From Octopus bimaculoides (taxonomy: Eukaryota), in NCBI RefSeq assembly GCF_001194135.2, contig NC_068989.1:17009830-17073829 (forward strand): a stretch of DNA of 64,000 bases. The letters are read 5' to 3'. The notes below the pieces were generated by a model. The model did not search any database, had not been told where the DNA came from, and worked only from the letters and a program-made list of their open reading frames with translations. Positions 1 through 11,217 of this stretch are shown piece after piece (within the stretch, counting starts at the first letter, position 1; each line of letters starts with the position of its first letter). The position numbers were made by a program, and so were the translations under genes.

Positions 1-680
1 TCCTTATCTAGATTCTTTATAATACCCTCTTTTCCTTTTTCCACTGCAGGGCTTGTTTTGCTAATCTGTTTTCTTCTTAAAATAGAACCTATATATTTTT
101 GTCATTTTTCAATGATAAAAGATCATATGATTTTCCCAGAAAATTGTATTGATCTTATATACTACAGACAATGAAGTATAACAATATTTTTAAACCAATA
201 GGTTGCAATTTTGTTTCTTCAGCTGTAAAATCCACATTAATGTGTAAACTTTTTTTTTTTATAATCTCATACTACTTTTTATTAACCAATCACAATAAAA
301 CAATTTCTACTCATGAATAAATCCCAATAAATTGTTACTTCACCTTATCTCTTGTTTGTTTTTCTTCTTAAGTTATATAAAGAATAATTCTAGACACTAC
401 TCAAGTAGTTATTTGTATGTGCAATCAATTATTTATCTATTCACAACAAACTGATTACAACTTTATTTTACCACCTTCAATCTGAAGATGGTTGCATGCA
501 TGAACAAAAATTCATTAATATTTTTTTCTTCAAATATAAAAAATATACTACACTTTCCTTCTACACTAATCAAACAGGTTAAAGAATATGAACAACACAT
601 TTAATTGGATAATAAATTTTCCAGTTGTTTGTTAAATCAAATATGAATAAATGAAATCTGGTACTATACTTACATAATAC

Positions 681-1088
681 TTACTCTTTTACTTGTTTCA
701 GTCATTTGACTGTGGCCATGCTGGAGCACCGCCTTTTAGTCGAGCAAATCGACCCCAGGACTTATTCTTTGGGAGCCTAGTACTTATTCTTTGGGAGCCT
801 AGTACTTATTCTATCGGTCTCTGTTGCCGAACTGCTAAGTTACGGGGACGTAAACACACCACCATCGGTTGTCAAGCGATGCTGGGGGGACAAACACAGA
901 CACAAACATACATAAATATATATACAACGGGCTTCTTTCAGTTTCCGTCTACCAAATCCACTCACAAGGCTTTGGTCGGCCTGAGACTATAGTAGAAGAC
1001 ACTTGCCCAAGGTGCCATGCAGTGGGAATGAACCCGGAACCATGTGGTTTGGTAAGCAAGCTACTTACCACACAGCCACTTCTACGCC
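681..1088 (-). mobile_element. tRNA-derived SINE family A (CORE-like centre, internal TA/CA microsatellite, AAAAGAGT tail)
   Basis: Near-identical copies at 6542-7128(-), 27251-27708(+), 32143-32540(+), 40508-40833(+) and 51876-52056(-). Head has A/B-box-like motifs. Confidence 0.85.
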
Positions 1089-1785
1089 TTATACGCATTG
1101 CTAAATATTAAAGATCGATATAACATTTTAAACGTTATAAGTCACTCACACACATATATGAAAACAAGAAAATTGTGAATTATGCTATTGTTCCATCTTC
1201 ACAAGGGCTTACCTGAAGATGTAGGCTTTAAATCATCAGGTAAATCGTGAGAAAGTCAAACACTGAACACACACACACACACAAATACTAATGGCATGCA
1301 TATATATACACATACCCCAATTCTCTCACACACCTAATTGTTATGTGGGCATGTGCACATCGATAGCATTTGTATGTGTGTGTGAATGTGCCAATAATTG
1401 TTTGAATCTCTATCCATTTTTTCACTTTGCCTCCCCACCTTCTCACCCTATTTTGGCCATTTTTTTTGCTCTACGGACTTACAAACCATGCGAGAAGTCA
1501 TTCCAGTAAAAAAAAGTAAACATTTTTAGACGACAATGTGTGAGACTTAAGGGAGATTTGGCACATCCCACGTCCACCTTCCTCGTTTTTTTTTTTTGTT
1601 AGTCTCGCATGCATTGATGTTTTTCAATATTTTTCTCCCCCATAAACACATTTTATGTAATGGTGAAGAGGAAGTAACACATAGGTGGTTCAATATGGTA
1701 CTACTAAAGCAGCGCGGACCCGAACGCGCAGTCGCGCGTCCGCGCTAGCTAGTCGTGAGTGGTATTCATTTGCACACGCGGGTTA

Positions 1786-2736
1786 NNNNNNNNNNNNNNN
1801 NNNNNNNNNNNNNNNNNNNNNNNNNNNNNNNNNNNNNNNNNNNNNNNNNNNNNNNNNNNNNNNNNNNNNNNNNNNNNNNNNNNNNNNNNNNNNNNNNNNN
1901 NNNNNNNNNNNNNNNNNNNNNNNNNNNNNNNNNNNNNNNNNNNNNNNNNNNNNNNNNNNNNNNNNNNNNNNNNNNNNNNNNNNNNNNNNNNNNNNNNNNN
2001 NNNNNNNNNNNNNNNNNNNNNNNNNNNNNNNNNNNNNNNNNNNNNNNNNNNNNNNNNNNNNNNNNNNNNNNNNNNNNNNNNNNNNNNNNNNNNNNNNNNN
2101 NNNNNNNNNNNNNNNNNNNNNNNNNNNNNNNNNNNNNNNNNNNNNNNNNNNNNNNNNNNNNNNNNNNNNNNNNNNNNNNNNNNNNNNNNNNNNNNNNNNN
2201 NNNNNNNNNNNNNNNNNNNNNNNNNNNNNNNNNNNNNNNNNNNNNNNNNNNNNNNNNNNNNNNNNNNNNNNNNNNNNNNNNNNNNNNNNNNNNNNNNNNN
2301 NNNNNNNNNNNNNNNNNNNNNNNNNNNNNNNNNNNNNNNNNNNNNNNNNNNNNNNNNNNNNNNNNNNNNNNNNNNNNNNNNNNNNNNNNNNNNNNNNNNN
2401 NNNNNNNNNNNNNNNNNNNNNNNNNNNNNNNNNNNNNNNNNNNNNNNNNNNNNNNNNNNNNNNNNNNNNNNNNNNNNNNNNNNNNNNNNNNNNNNNNNNN
2501 NNNNNNNNNNNNNNNNNNNNNNNNNNNNNNNNNNNNNNNNNNNNNNNNNNNNNNNNNNNNNNNNNNNNNNNNNNNNNNNNNNNNNNNNNNNNNNNNNNNN
2601 NNNNNNNNNNNNNNNNNNNNNNNNNNNNNNNNNNNNNNNNNNNNNNNNNNNNNNNNNNNNNNNNNNNNNNNNNNNNNNNNNNNNNNNNNNNNNNNNNNNN
2701 NNNNNNNNNNNNNNNNNNNNNNNNNNNNNNNNNNNN
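1786..2736. other. Assembly gap (951 N). Others: 5363-5462, 6749-6924, 8192-8494, 34662-34691, 40834-41114, 46469-46630, 48476-48484, 52057-52696, 59437-59450
   Basis: Runs of N, mostly abutting microsatellites. Confidence 0.99.
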
Positions 2737-2859
2737 CATACACATATATATATATATAAAATCTTTTAAAAAATGGAAAAATCCTCGTCATAACGGAGAA
2801 AATTGATGTTATGGGAGTGTCCTGATCCGAAACTCCGCCGTCTGAAAGTAGAAACTTGA

Positions 2860-3200
2860 CAAACATGTAGTGGCGCGTCTGGCTGCCATCTTGGGAAGTG
2901 CCATTGCGCATGTGCAAGGGATTTGCCGTCAGCGGAAGTACCCGAGCACGCATGCGCAATGCAACAGGTGGAGAAAAAGCAATAGCATTCGCACTCTTTT
3001 CTCTCTAGCAGCGGTGGCGACAACACGTATCTCTTGTCCATCCAACAGCCGTGGCGACAGGACGTTCTTTCAGGCTGTCCCAACTCGACCCCGACATGTG
3101 GTCGAAGCTTCCTTTGGTATTCTAGCGGCATGCCTGTTCACCCAGGAACGAAACGGCTCTACACCAACCTAGAATAAATTATTGATCTGTTGCTACCGTT
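2860..3200. promoter_or_regulatory. CpG-rich promoter-like region upstream of CFAP119
   Basis: GCCATCTT (YY1-like, 2885-2892), TGCGCATGTGCA (2905-2916) and CGCATGCGCA (2949-2958) NRF1-like, GCGGAAGT ETS-like (2932-2939). CpG content is locally high in an AT-rich background. Confidence 0.6.
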
Positions 3201-3533
3201 ATCCCTCGTGTTGTTGTATTTCTGGATTTTAATGATTAATATAAGAACTGGGGAGAGACGGCCGAGCCGTCATATCTCATCCAATTCTTATAAACATATT
3301 CATACAGGAATGCAATAAATCATTCTATGAAGGAACTACCTTAACTAAGCAGAAATTTACACAAGAGAGAGTGTGCATCTTTGCAGCATTTTATGGTAAA
3401 TCATTCCTTCAGAATTATACCTCAAATGCTCACAAATGCATCTATACACGAGAGGCCATATGACATGGAAATATCTTACTTTCGCTTTAAAACTACTTTT
3501 ATTTAAATACGTCAAGTTATCTCCCTTACATTT

Positions 3534-3548
3534 GTTGCCATTAACAAC
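3534..3548 (+). promoter_or_regulatory. RFX X-box-like motif GTTGCC ATT AACAAC
   Basis: One mismatch to GTNRCC(N0-3)RGYAAC, about 110 bp upstream of the ATG of a ciliary gene. Confidence 0.45.
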
Positions 3549-3657
3549 AAAGCAGTTTTTTAACATTTCATGTTTCAAACTCGTCAGATATATCTATCCT
3601 CTCGTTTTCTTTTGAGTACCGGGACCACTTTATAGCTACTACCACTGTCTTTCCGCC

Positions 3658-3708
3658 ATGGACTCTGTAGTAACTGAAACTTCAATGGAAACGGACAGTC
3701 TTCTTACG
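3658..3708 (+). CDS. CFAP119: CFAP119 exon 1 ([17 protein letters not shown])
   Basis: Kozak context ccgccATGG, donor ACG|GTAAGT, phase 0 matching exon 2. Assigned by signals and phase, not by homology. Confidence 0.7.
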
Positions 3709-3717
3709 GTAAGTCAC

Positions 3718-3780
<63 letters not shown>

Positions 3781-6016
3781 GAGTTAATAAGAAAAACATC
3801 AGAAAGAAGCACCCTCTAAAAATATAGAACAGGAATTATTACAACAAAATTTTATATCTTAGACATACAGTTACTCAAGGCTTCGCACACACAAAACCAA
3901 AGCCTTGTGGACAACTCGCCAGGCTCTGTGAATACAAAACTTTAAAATATCTACATCACAGATGTGAGGAAACGCTCAGAACTCGGAAAATACGATAAAA
4001 CGTTAATGAGTACGGGTTATCTCCCTTAAACAGAGGGATAAGAATTTTTTTTTTAAATAGCATAACGATCAAACGGGGAGATCTAATTTTCTAGTAAGTA
4101 GTGCTTGAAGCGGATACATTTAGAAAATACTTCTTTACGGCTGTTTAATGCACCAGGCTTCTTAAAATCCTTAAGAATTTTGGCTCTCTCCGCGATACAG
4201 ATCTTCCATTAATATGCGGGCCCGGAAAATCAATTAATTTCCACTTGACATCACACAAAGTCCATTGACCCTTGAGGTACCACACATGGCGGGCCAGAGA
4301 CGTGACAAACCGTTTTTCTGGAACCCTGAAGGATGACTAGTGGTTAAGAAAACGTTTCTTGAACGAAGTAGTCACCGAACCAATATATTTATAGACATGG
4401 ATGTGGCCCTATTTGCACTCCTGGCAACATACGGCTCGGAGCTGGTCATTCCATCGGTGTCGAAGATGAATGTTTGGTCCTCATCTGAGGTGGCGGAACT
4501 GAGAATGGCAGATACCTCCTCCAAGTCGTTGATTCTGGATAAGTCATTATTTCCAGGTGCGGCGTCTGTACCGGTCACTCTACCTGTATGTATTGTTTGT
4601 TCATTATCTGTGGCGGTGGTATCGGGATCTTCGGTGATGTTCTCTGTGATGCTGGTCCCGGTTTGGTTATTATCTCTGGGCGTGACAAGTGGATTGGTGT
4701 GAGACGTGGTTAATCTGCTGTTCGATATTACATTACGGATATTAGGTCTAGGCATCACCGTAGCCTCATATATAACACCTTCAGCCTCGCATTGGCCTTC
4801 TATTGGACAGTTATTATATACCCTACAAGAGCAACCTGCCTCTTCCCTTGTATTGTGGGTACTTGATATAATGTTTTTAATGTTATGCAAGGGAGGAGGC
4901 AGGTTGCTCTTGCAGGGCATATAATAACTCTACAGTACGATTCTCAATTCATATTGTAAATTTTTTAAATATCTAACATAGTTAGCATTTAAAACTAGAA
5001 ACGTATTTTTTCGAAAAATCTTTCTTACAAAGTTAACTTAGCCTTATTTTCCCCTTCATTGTTACCTTATTCAACCTCTCAAATAAACTCATTTATCACT
5101 GTACGTTTTTTTTTTTCAATATTTTTAACCTCAGCAAAAATTTCCTCACATTTCTGTAATATTAACAACTATTCTTCTTTTTTTCTAGTCCTTCCTCTTA
5201 TAGAACATTTGTAGAGATATGGATGCATATGTGACTAAAAGTTTACTCACAGTTTTACAGTTTTGGTATAGAGGTATTGCAGTCCACGTGTATACATTTT
5301 CATGCACGTTTTGCTGTGGCAGTGCATTTGAGAGAAACTATTATATATATATATATATATATNNNNNNNNNNNNNNNNNNNNNNNNNNNNNNNNNNNNNN
5401 NNNNNNNNNNNNNNNNNNNNNNNNNNNNNNNNNNNNNNNNNNNNNNNNNNNNNNNNNNNNNNTAGATTTTCCTTGCATAGTTTGTGTTTGTGTTCTCGTC
5501 ATTGTTTAGTAGCAATTACAGAGAAAGATAGAATGATGTTGTAAGAGCACAGAATTAGAGCTAGTGAGAGTGTGGGACGTTGTCTTTCTTTTTCCCTCTG
5601 GCCTTTTGTCTGCCTGCTTCCATGATTCTAGTGGTCGGTTCACTAACTGATGTTAGCTCTCTCTCTCAACTCAAAAGTTGTCACCAAAATGACTAACTCA
5701 GTTGTCTCCAAGTCACTAACTGGCTTTTGATTGTGGTTCTTGCTTTTATAACAATCCAGAAGGATAAACATATCGTTGAGAACAATGGGCTTCGCTGGTG
5801 GTACTGTGATATCTCTATTCTAGCTTTTGGTGGAGTAGAAGAGGTTATAAGGGTCAAGTGGTGAAGACATTATTTCGGCCTAGCTAAAGGCATCTGGCGT
5901 ATGTAAAACTGCTGTCACTGAAAAAAAACCCATTGTTCCACCGTGAGAAAAGCTAGATTGAACTGTTAATTTAAATTTGGCTATGGTGGATCGAATCCAC
6001 TTCATGCCTGCAAGAT

Positions 6017-6048
<32 letters not shown>

Positions 6049-6924
6049 CTCCATATAAGAAAAATCTTTTGACTTACTGAGATGCCTTATATTAAAACAT
6101 GGTCTTCTTTCATTGTTTTTGTGGATTCTTCATTCCTGCTTCGTGATGGTTTCAGATTTGATATATTCTTCCCGGACAGCTCGCTGTCCTTCCCTTTACG
6201 CATTCGTGTGTGGGCTATATAAACTTTATAATTATCATTGATGTATAAGCGAGAATCCGAGAAACAGCAATGTGCATACGTATGTATAGATGATTTGTAG
6301 AGATATGGTTGCATATGTAATAAAAAAATTTACTCAGTTTCGCAGTTTTGGTATAGAGATATTGCAGCCTACGTGTTTGCATTTTCACGCCTGTCTTTCT
6401 GTGGCAGCACATCTGAAGGAAGCTATTTTATATATTATTATTTGATGAAAACTCTCAGCTGGGTATGATGGAAAATGTCAGCTGTCCACAGCCAGCAGAC
6501 TAAGGTGACACTTGCATACTGGTTATGCTTCAAGAACCCTATACTCTTTTACTTGTTTCAGTCATTTGACTGCGGCCATGCTGGAGCACCGCCTTTAGTC
6601 GAGCAAATCGACCCCAAGGCTTATTCTTTGGAAGCCTAGTACTTATTCTATCGATCTTTTTTGCCGAAGCGCTAAGTTACGGGGACGTAAACACACCAGC
6701 ATCGGTTGTCAAGCGATGTTGGGGGGACAAACACAGACGCACACACACNNNNNNNNNNNNNNNNNNNNNNNNNNNNNNNNNNNNNNNNNNNNNNNNNNNN
6801 NNNNNNNNNNNNNNNNNNNNNNNNNNNNNNNNNNNNNNNNNNNNNNNNNNNNNNNNNNNNNNNNNNNNNNNNNNNNNNNNNNNNNNNNNNNNNNNNNNNN
6901 NNNNNNNNNNNNNNNNNNNNNNNN

Positions 6925-6957
<33 letters not shown>

Positions 6958-9517
6958 TATATACGACGGGCTTCTTTCAGTTTCCGTCTACCAAATGCAC
7001 TCACAAGGCTTTGGTCGGACCGAGGCTATAGTAGAAGACACTTGCCCAATGTGCCACGCAGTGGGACTGAACCAAGAACCATGTGGCTGGTAAGCAAGCT
7101 ACTTACCACACAGCCACTCCTGCGCCTATGAAGAATTCTTGCAGTGACACCAGACTTCTTCACATGTTTCAACAATGGTCCCACGGTATTTTTTATATAC
7201 CACCCTAAGCTGTTTTCCTCTGTTTCGATACAATCCTGGCAACTGATGAAACCTTTCCCACCCTCCCTACCTCCATTCAGTTTTCTTTCAAGAACCTTTC
7301 GAATACTTTTCTTGAAGTATTTGGGACTCTCTCATTCATCTTTTTTGTTTATTATTATTATTACTGAGAGAAGTGCATGCCATCAAAGTGACACATGGGT
7401 AAAATATATAAAGCCCAGTATACCCATCATGACTACCCGTCTGATAAGGGTACACCAGGCACATGCATCACAACCATATGTGCGCGACATGGCGATCTCA
7501 TATCAAGATAAACAGCACATAGCCTTGCAAGTGGGGCCCAGTTAGACTTTTCTTTAGGTCGAGTAGCCTATCCCACTCAATGGCCCCTGAATAAGGTTTG
7601 TTTAAGGATGTTGAACGAAACACCCATGTTTCCAAAGGTGAATTACCCAAACCCCAAAGAATTCCTCTCAACACTTGGCTATGATGCTTCCCCACTACTT
7701 CTGTTCATGATGAGAGATAGACATATCGTCAGCCACTAAGGGACATGCTCAGCTGATTAAGGTCAAACAACTGACAAGCAAATCTGTGGTATTGAGCAGA
7801 ATATTGTTATTATTGTTGTTGTTGTTGTTCTCCTTGGTACAATATGAAGCTTAACTGTATAAGAATAATTTTGGGGGCTTATTTTCATACAGGAAGAAGA
7901 AAGCGAAACAGAATTTACAGAAAAAGAAAAGGTTTGTTGTTAGTTTTTTTCCTTTTTTTCCTTCTGATTTTCAACTATTTTTTCATTTGTTCCTGAGTAT
8001 TCGGTTTTCTTGTTTTCATGCTTTAAGACAAGTTTTAGAATCCAGTCATCAGAGTTTTTCAGGTAAGTGCTTAGGCCAATTGTGGCAATCTTCATTGTCA
8101 ATTCAAGTTGTAAAAGTCCACGGCCACCCTCTTTTCTTAGCAAGTAAAGTCGTTCTACATCTGCCTTATGGTGGTTCATTCTAATCTCGTGNNNNNNNNN
8201 NNNNNNNNNNNNNNNNNNNNNNNNNNNNNNNNNNNNNNNNNNNNNNNNNNNNNNNNNNNNNNNNNNNNNNNNNNNNNNNNNNNNNNNNNNNNNNNNNNNN
8301 NNNNNNNNNNNNNNNNNNNNNNNNNNNNNNNNNNNNNNNNNNNNNNNNNNNNNNNNNNNNNNNNNNNNNNNNNNNNNNNNNNNNNNNNNNNNNNNNNNNN
8401 NNNNNNNNNNNNNNNNNNNNNNNNNNNNNNNNNNNNNNNNNNNNNNNNNNNNNNNNNNNNNNNNNNNNNNNNNNNNNNNNNNNNNNNNNNNNNNAAGACA
8501 GAGAAAAAGGAAAAAATAAAATATAAAAAGGTAAACAAAGAAAATAAAAGGGGGGAAAAAGAAAGAAAACTCACAGCGACAATGCTCTTCTCAGTACGTG
8601 TGACGTACCAGTTAAGACAATCTTTTGCACTTACTGCATGGGTGGTAAGCCAGGGATCATTCTTAAATAGTTTTCAGTTCCTTTTTTGATTATTCCAAGT
8701 GCTTCTACAATCATTGGTATCATAACCGTCTTGAGATGCCACATCTTTTCGATTTCGATTAACAAATCTTTATATTTTCTGAGTTTATCAAATTCTTTTG
8801 CCGAGATATTATGGTCACAGAGTATGCTCATGTCAATCAATAAACAGACTTTATTGTTTTGGTCTTTCACAATAATATCTGGTTTGTTTGCTTTGATGGA
8901 TCAATCTGTACATAATGGGAAGTCCCAAAGAATCGTTACATTTTCTCCCTCAGTTACAATCTCAGGGTGATGCTTTTACCATTTGTCAGCAGTTTTGATT
9001 TTATAATGCCGACACATTATCCAATGTAGATATTGACCAACTCTTTCATGTCTTGATTTGTACTCTACAGGTGCTAAAACCTTACATCCAGAGATTAGGC
9101 GGTCCATTGTTTCAATCCCATCATTGCAGTATCGGTGCTTTAGGTCTACATCATTTTTCATTACATTGGATTAATAGCTCCGGGTCAACAAGCTCTGATC
9201 TTGGGCAGCCAAGATAAAGCCTTCACTCTCAGCCTTTAGCCCTGAGCTCCGTAGCCACTGATGGGTGTGCTTCTGGTCTACATCAGCTTGTTTGCTACGG
9301 GCCACATATTTGCCATGCAGAGGTTTTTGTTCCCACCTATCATTCAATTATTGAAAAGCATTTTGCTTTGCTATTGATTTTTACCTTCTTTACAACTACA
9401 ATTGCCGCACTTCCATCATGTTGTTCAACCTGGGTATTATGCATAAATTCATTTGAAAATTTTTTGCTCTCCTTCATAACAGAATGAAGCTTCTTACGTC
9501 TTTCATTGTTTTCAACG

Positions 9518-9572
<55 letters not shown>

Positions 9573-11153
9573 GTTTGTGTTGAAATAGTTTTAATATTGT
9601 TCTCCATGGTACAATATAGATAAATTCAACCGTATAAGAATAATTTTCGGTGCTTATTTTCACACAGGAAGAGGATAGCGAAACAGAAATTGCAAATATA
9701 AAAAAGGTTTGTTGTTACTTTTTCCCTTTTTTTTCTATTTTTTCATTTGTTACTGAGTACATAGTCTTCTTGTTTTCATGCTTTAAGACAAATTTTAGTA
9801 TCTAGTCATCAGTTTTTCAGGTAAGTGTCTAGGTCAGTTGTAGCAATCTTCATTGTTAATTCAATATTTTTATTATTATTTAAGACGTCGCACAGTATCC
9901 AATATCGTGATGTTGTTGGCTGAAGATGTGTCGACCGGGGATTTGTACTGTCTGTCAAGTCACAACAGGGACCACAGACAGGCAATACTTTACGCAATAT
10001 GCGTGCAGTTCCAAGTAATGCCGATTTTTGCAATACATCTAGATTATAGGGTACTTCTAAAGTTTCCAGATGTTTCTTCAGGTTGGGTGGTATCAAACTC
10101 AATGCTCCAATGACAATAGGGATACCCTTTATATTTGACTCTCGTAGCTATCACGTCTTGGTGATCTCAATTCTCAAGTCTTCATATTTATCAATATTTT
10201 CTCTTTCTTTCATATGTTGATCTCCTGGCACTGCCATGTCGAATATTAGGCACGCACGTTTGTCCCTCCTAAAGGTTACTATATCCGGCCTTCGGTGCTC
10301 TAACACCTTGTCTGTCTCGAAGTTAAAGTTCCAGAGGAATTTTGCCTTCCCCTTTTCGCCCGTTACCTTTTCCGGTGTATGTTGGTACCAAGCACCCATT
10401 ACATCGTATCCATATTTCAGGCATAGTAACCAGTGAAGGTTTTGGGCTACCTTGTCGTGTCTGCGCTTGTACTCTTTCTGCACAAGACTTTCACAAGCAC
10501 TAGCAGTGTGAGTCACTCTTTCGACCTTTTTCCCACACATTCTGCAGAGGTTCGTTGCACTTCTGTGGTATGTATCCTTTTTCACTGAGTTGGTATTCAA
10601 TGATGGATCCTGGGCAACGATGGTTAGGCTTTCAGTCTTCCTTTCTAGGTCACCGTTGCTGAGTCACCTCCATGATGCTTCCTGGTCATTTAAGCTGTTA
10701 GTTTCACAGTCGAACTGACTATGTAATTCCACGCGGAGTAGAGTTTCTTCTTTCTCGTTGGCTATTCGTGATTGGAATTCATTAGCACTCTCAAGTCCAT
10801 TTTTGGTAAATCGTTCTGTATTAGCAGCCTACTGTAGCAAGTCTTGTTTGCTGTTTACCAAATATTCTGTCACGTTTCTTCTGTCACTGTTGATGCACTA
10901 CCGTACGCTAATCAGCTCACATTTACCGTTACACCTCTTCATGTAGAGCCTGTGTACGTTCGCCTTAAGGTAGAGGGCACCATGCATTGTCCTTGTCTTT
11001 CGGGTAGTGCGATCGAGTTGGTTAATCTCAGCTCGTGTCTATTTCAGGATGGGTGCACTATAGCGGACTACAGCAATAGGCCATATGTTGATGGCAATCA
11101 CAAATTTCCTGGAGTTAAGTTTTGATTTCAAGAGAAGTTTGAGGCGCTTCAAA

Positions 11154-11217
<64 letters not shown>

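Noticed and set aside
1213-1262. Minus-strand exon-like segment with good splice signals (and a candidate first exon at about 1484-1524)
   Set aside because: All three frames contain stops, so it cannot be joined into a CDS. It could only be UTR or non-coding.
1685-2959. Long ORFs spanning N-runs (also at 5219-5515, 6672-7131, 8168-8689, 40613-41265, 46278-46788, 51989-52871)
   Set aside because: They are open only because N translates as X.
2870-3172. 100-aa GTG-start ORF or possible ncRNA in the CpG-rich region
   Set aside because: No recognisable protein, and no snRNA, RNase P/MRP or telomerase-template hallmark. Better explained as a promoter.
3572-3587. Minus-strand CTGACGAG-TTT-GAAAC hammerhead-like core
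   Set aside because: Helix II is impossible (2-nt loop) and there is no NUH site or helix I.
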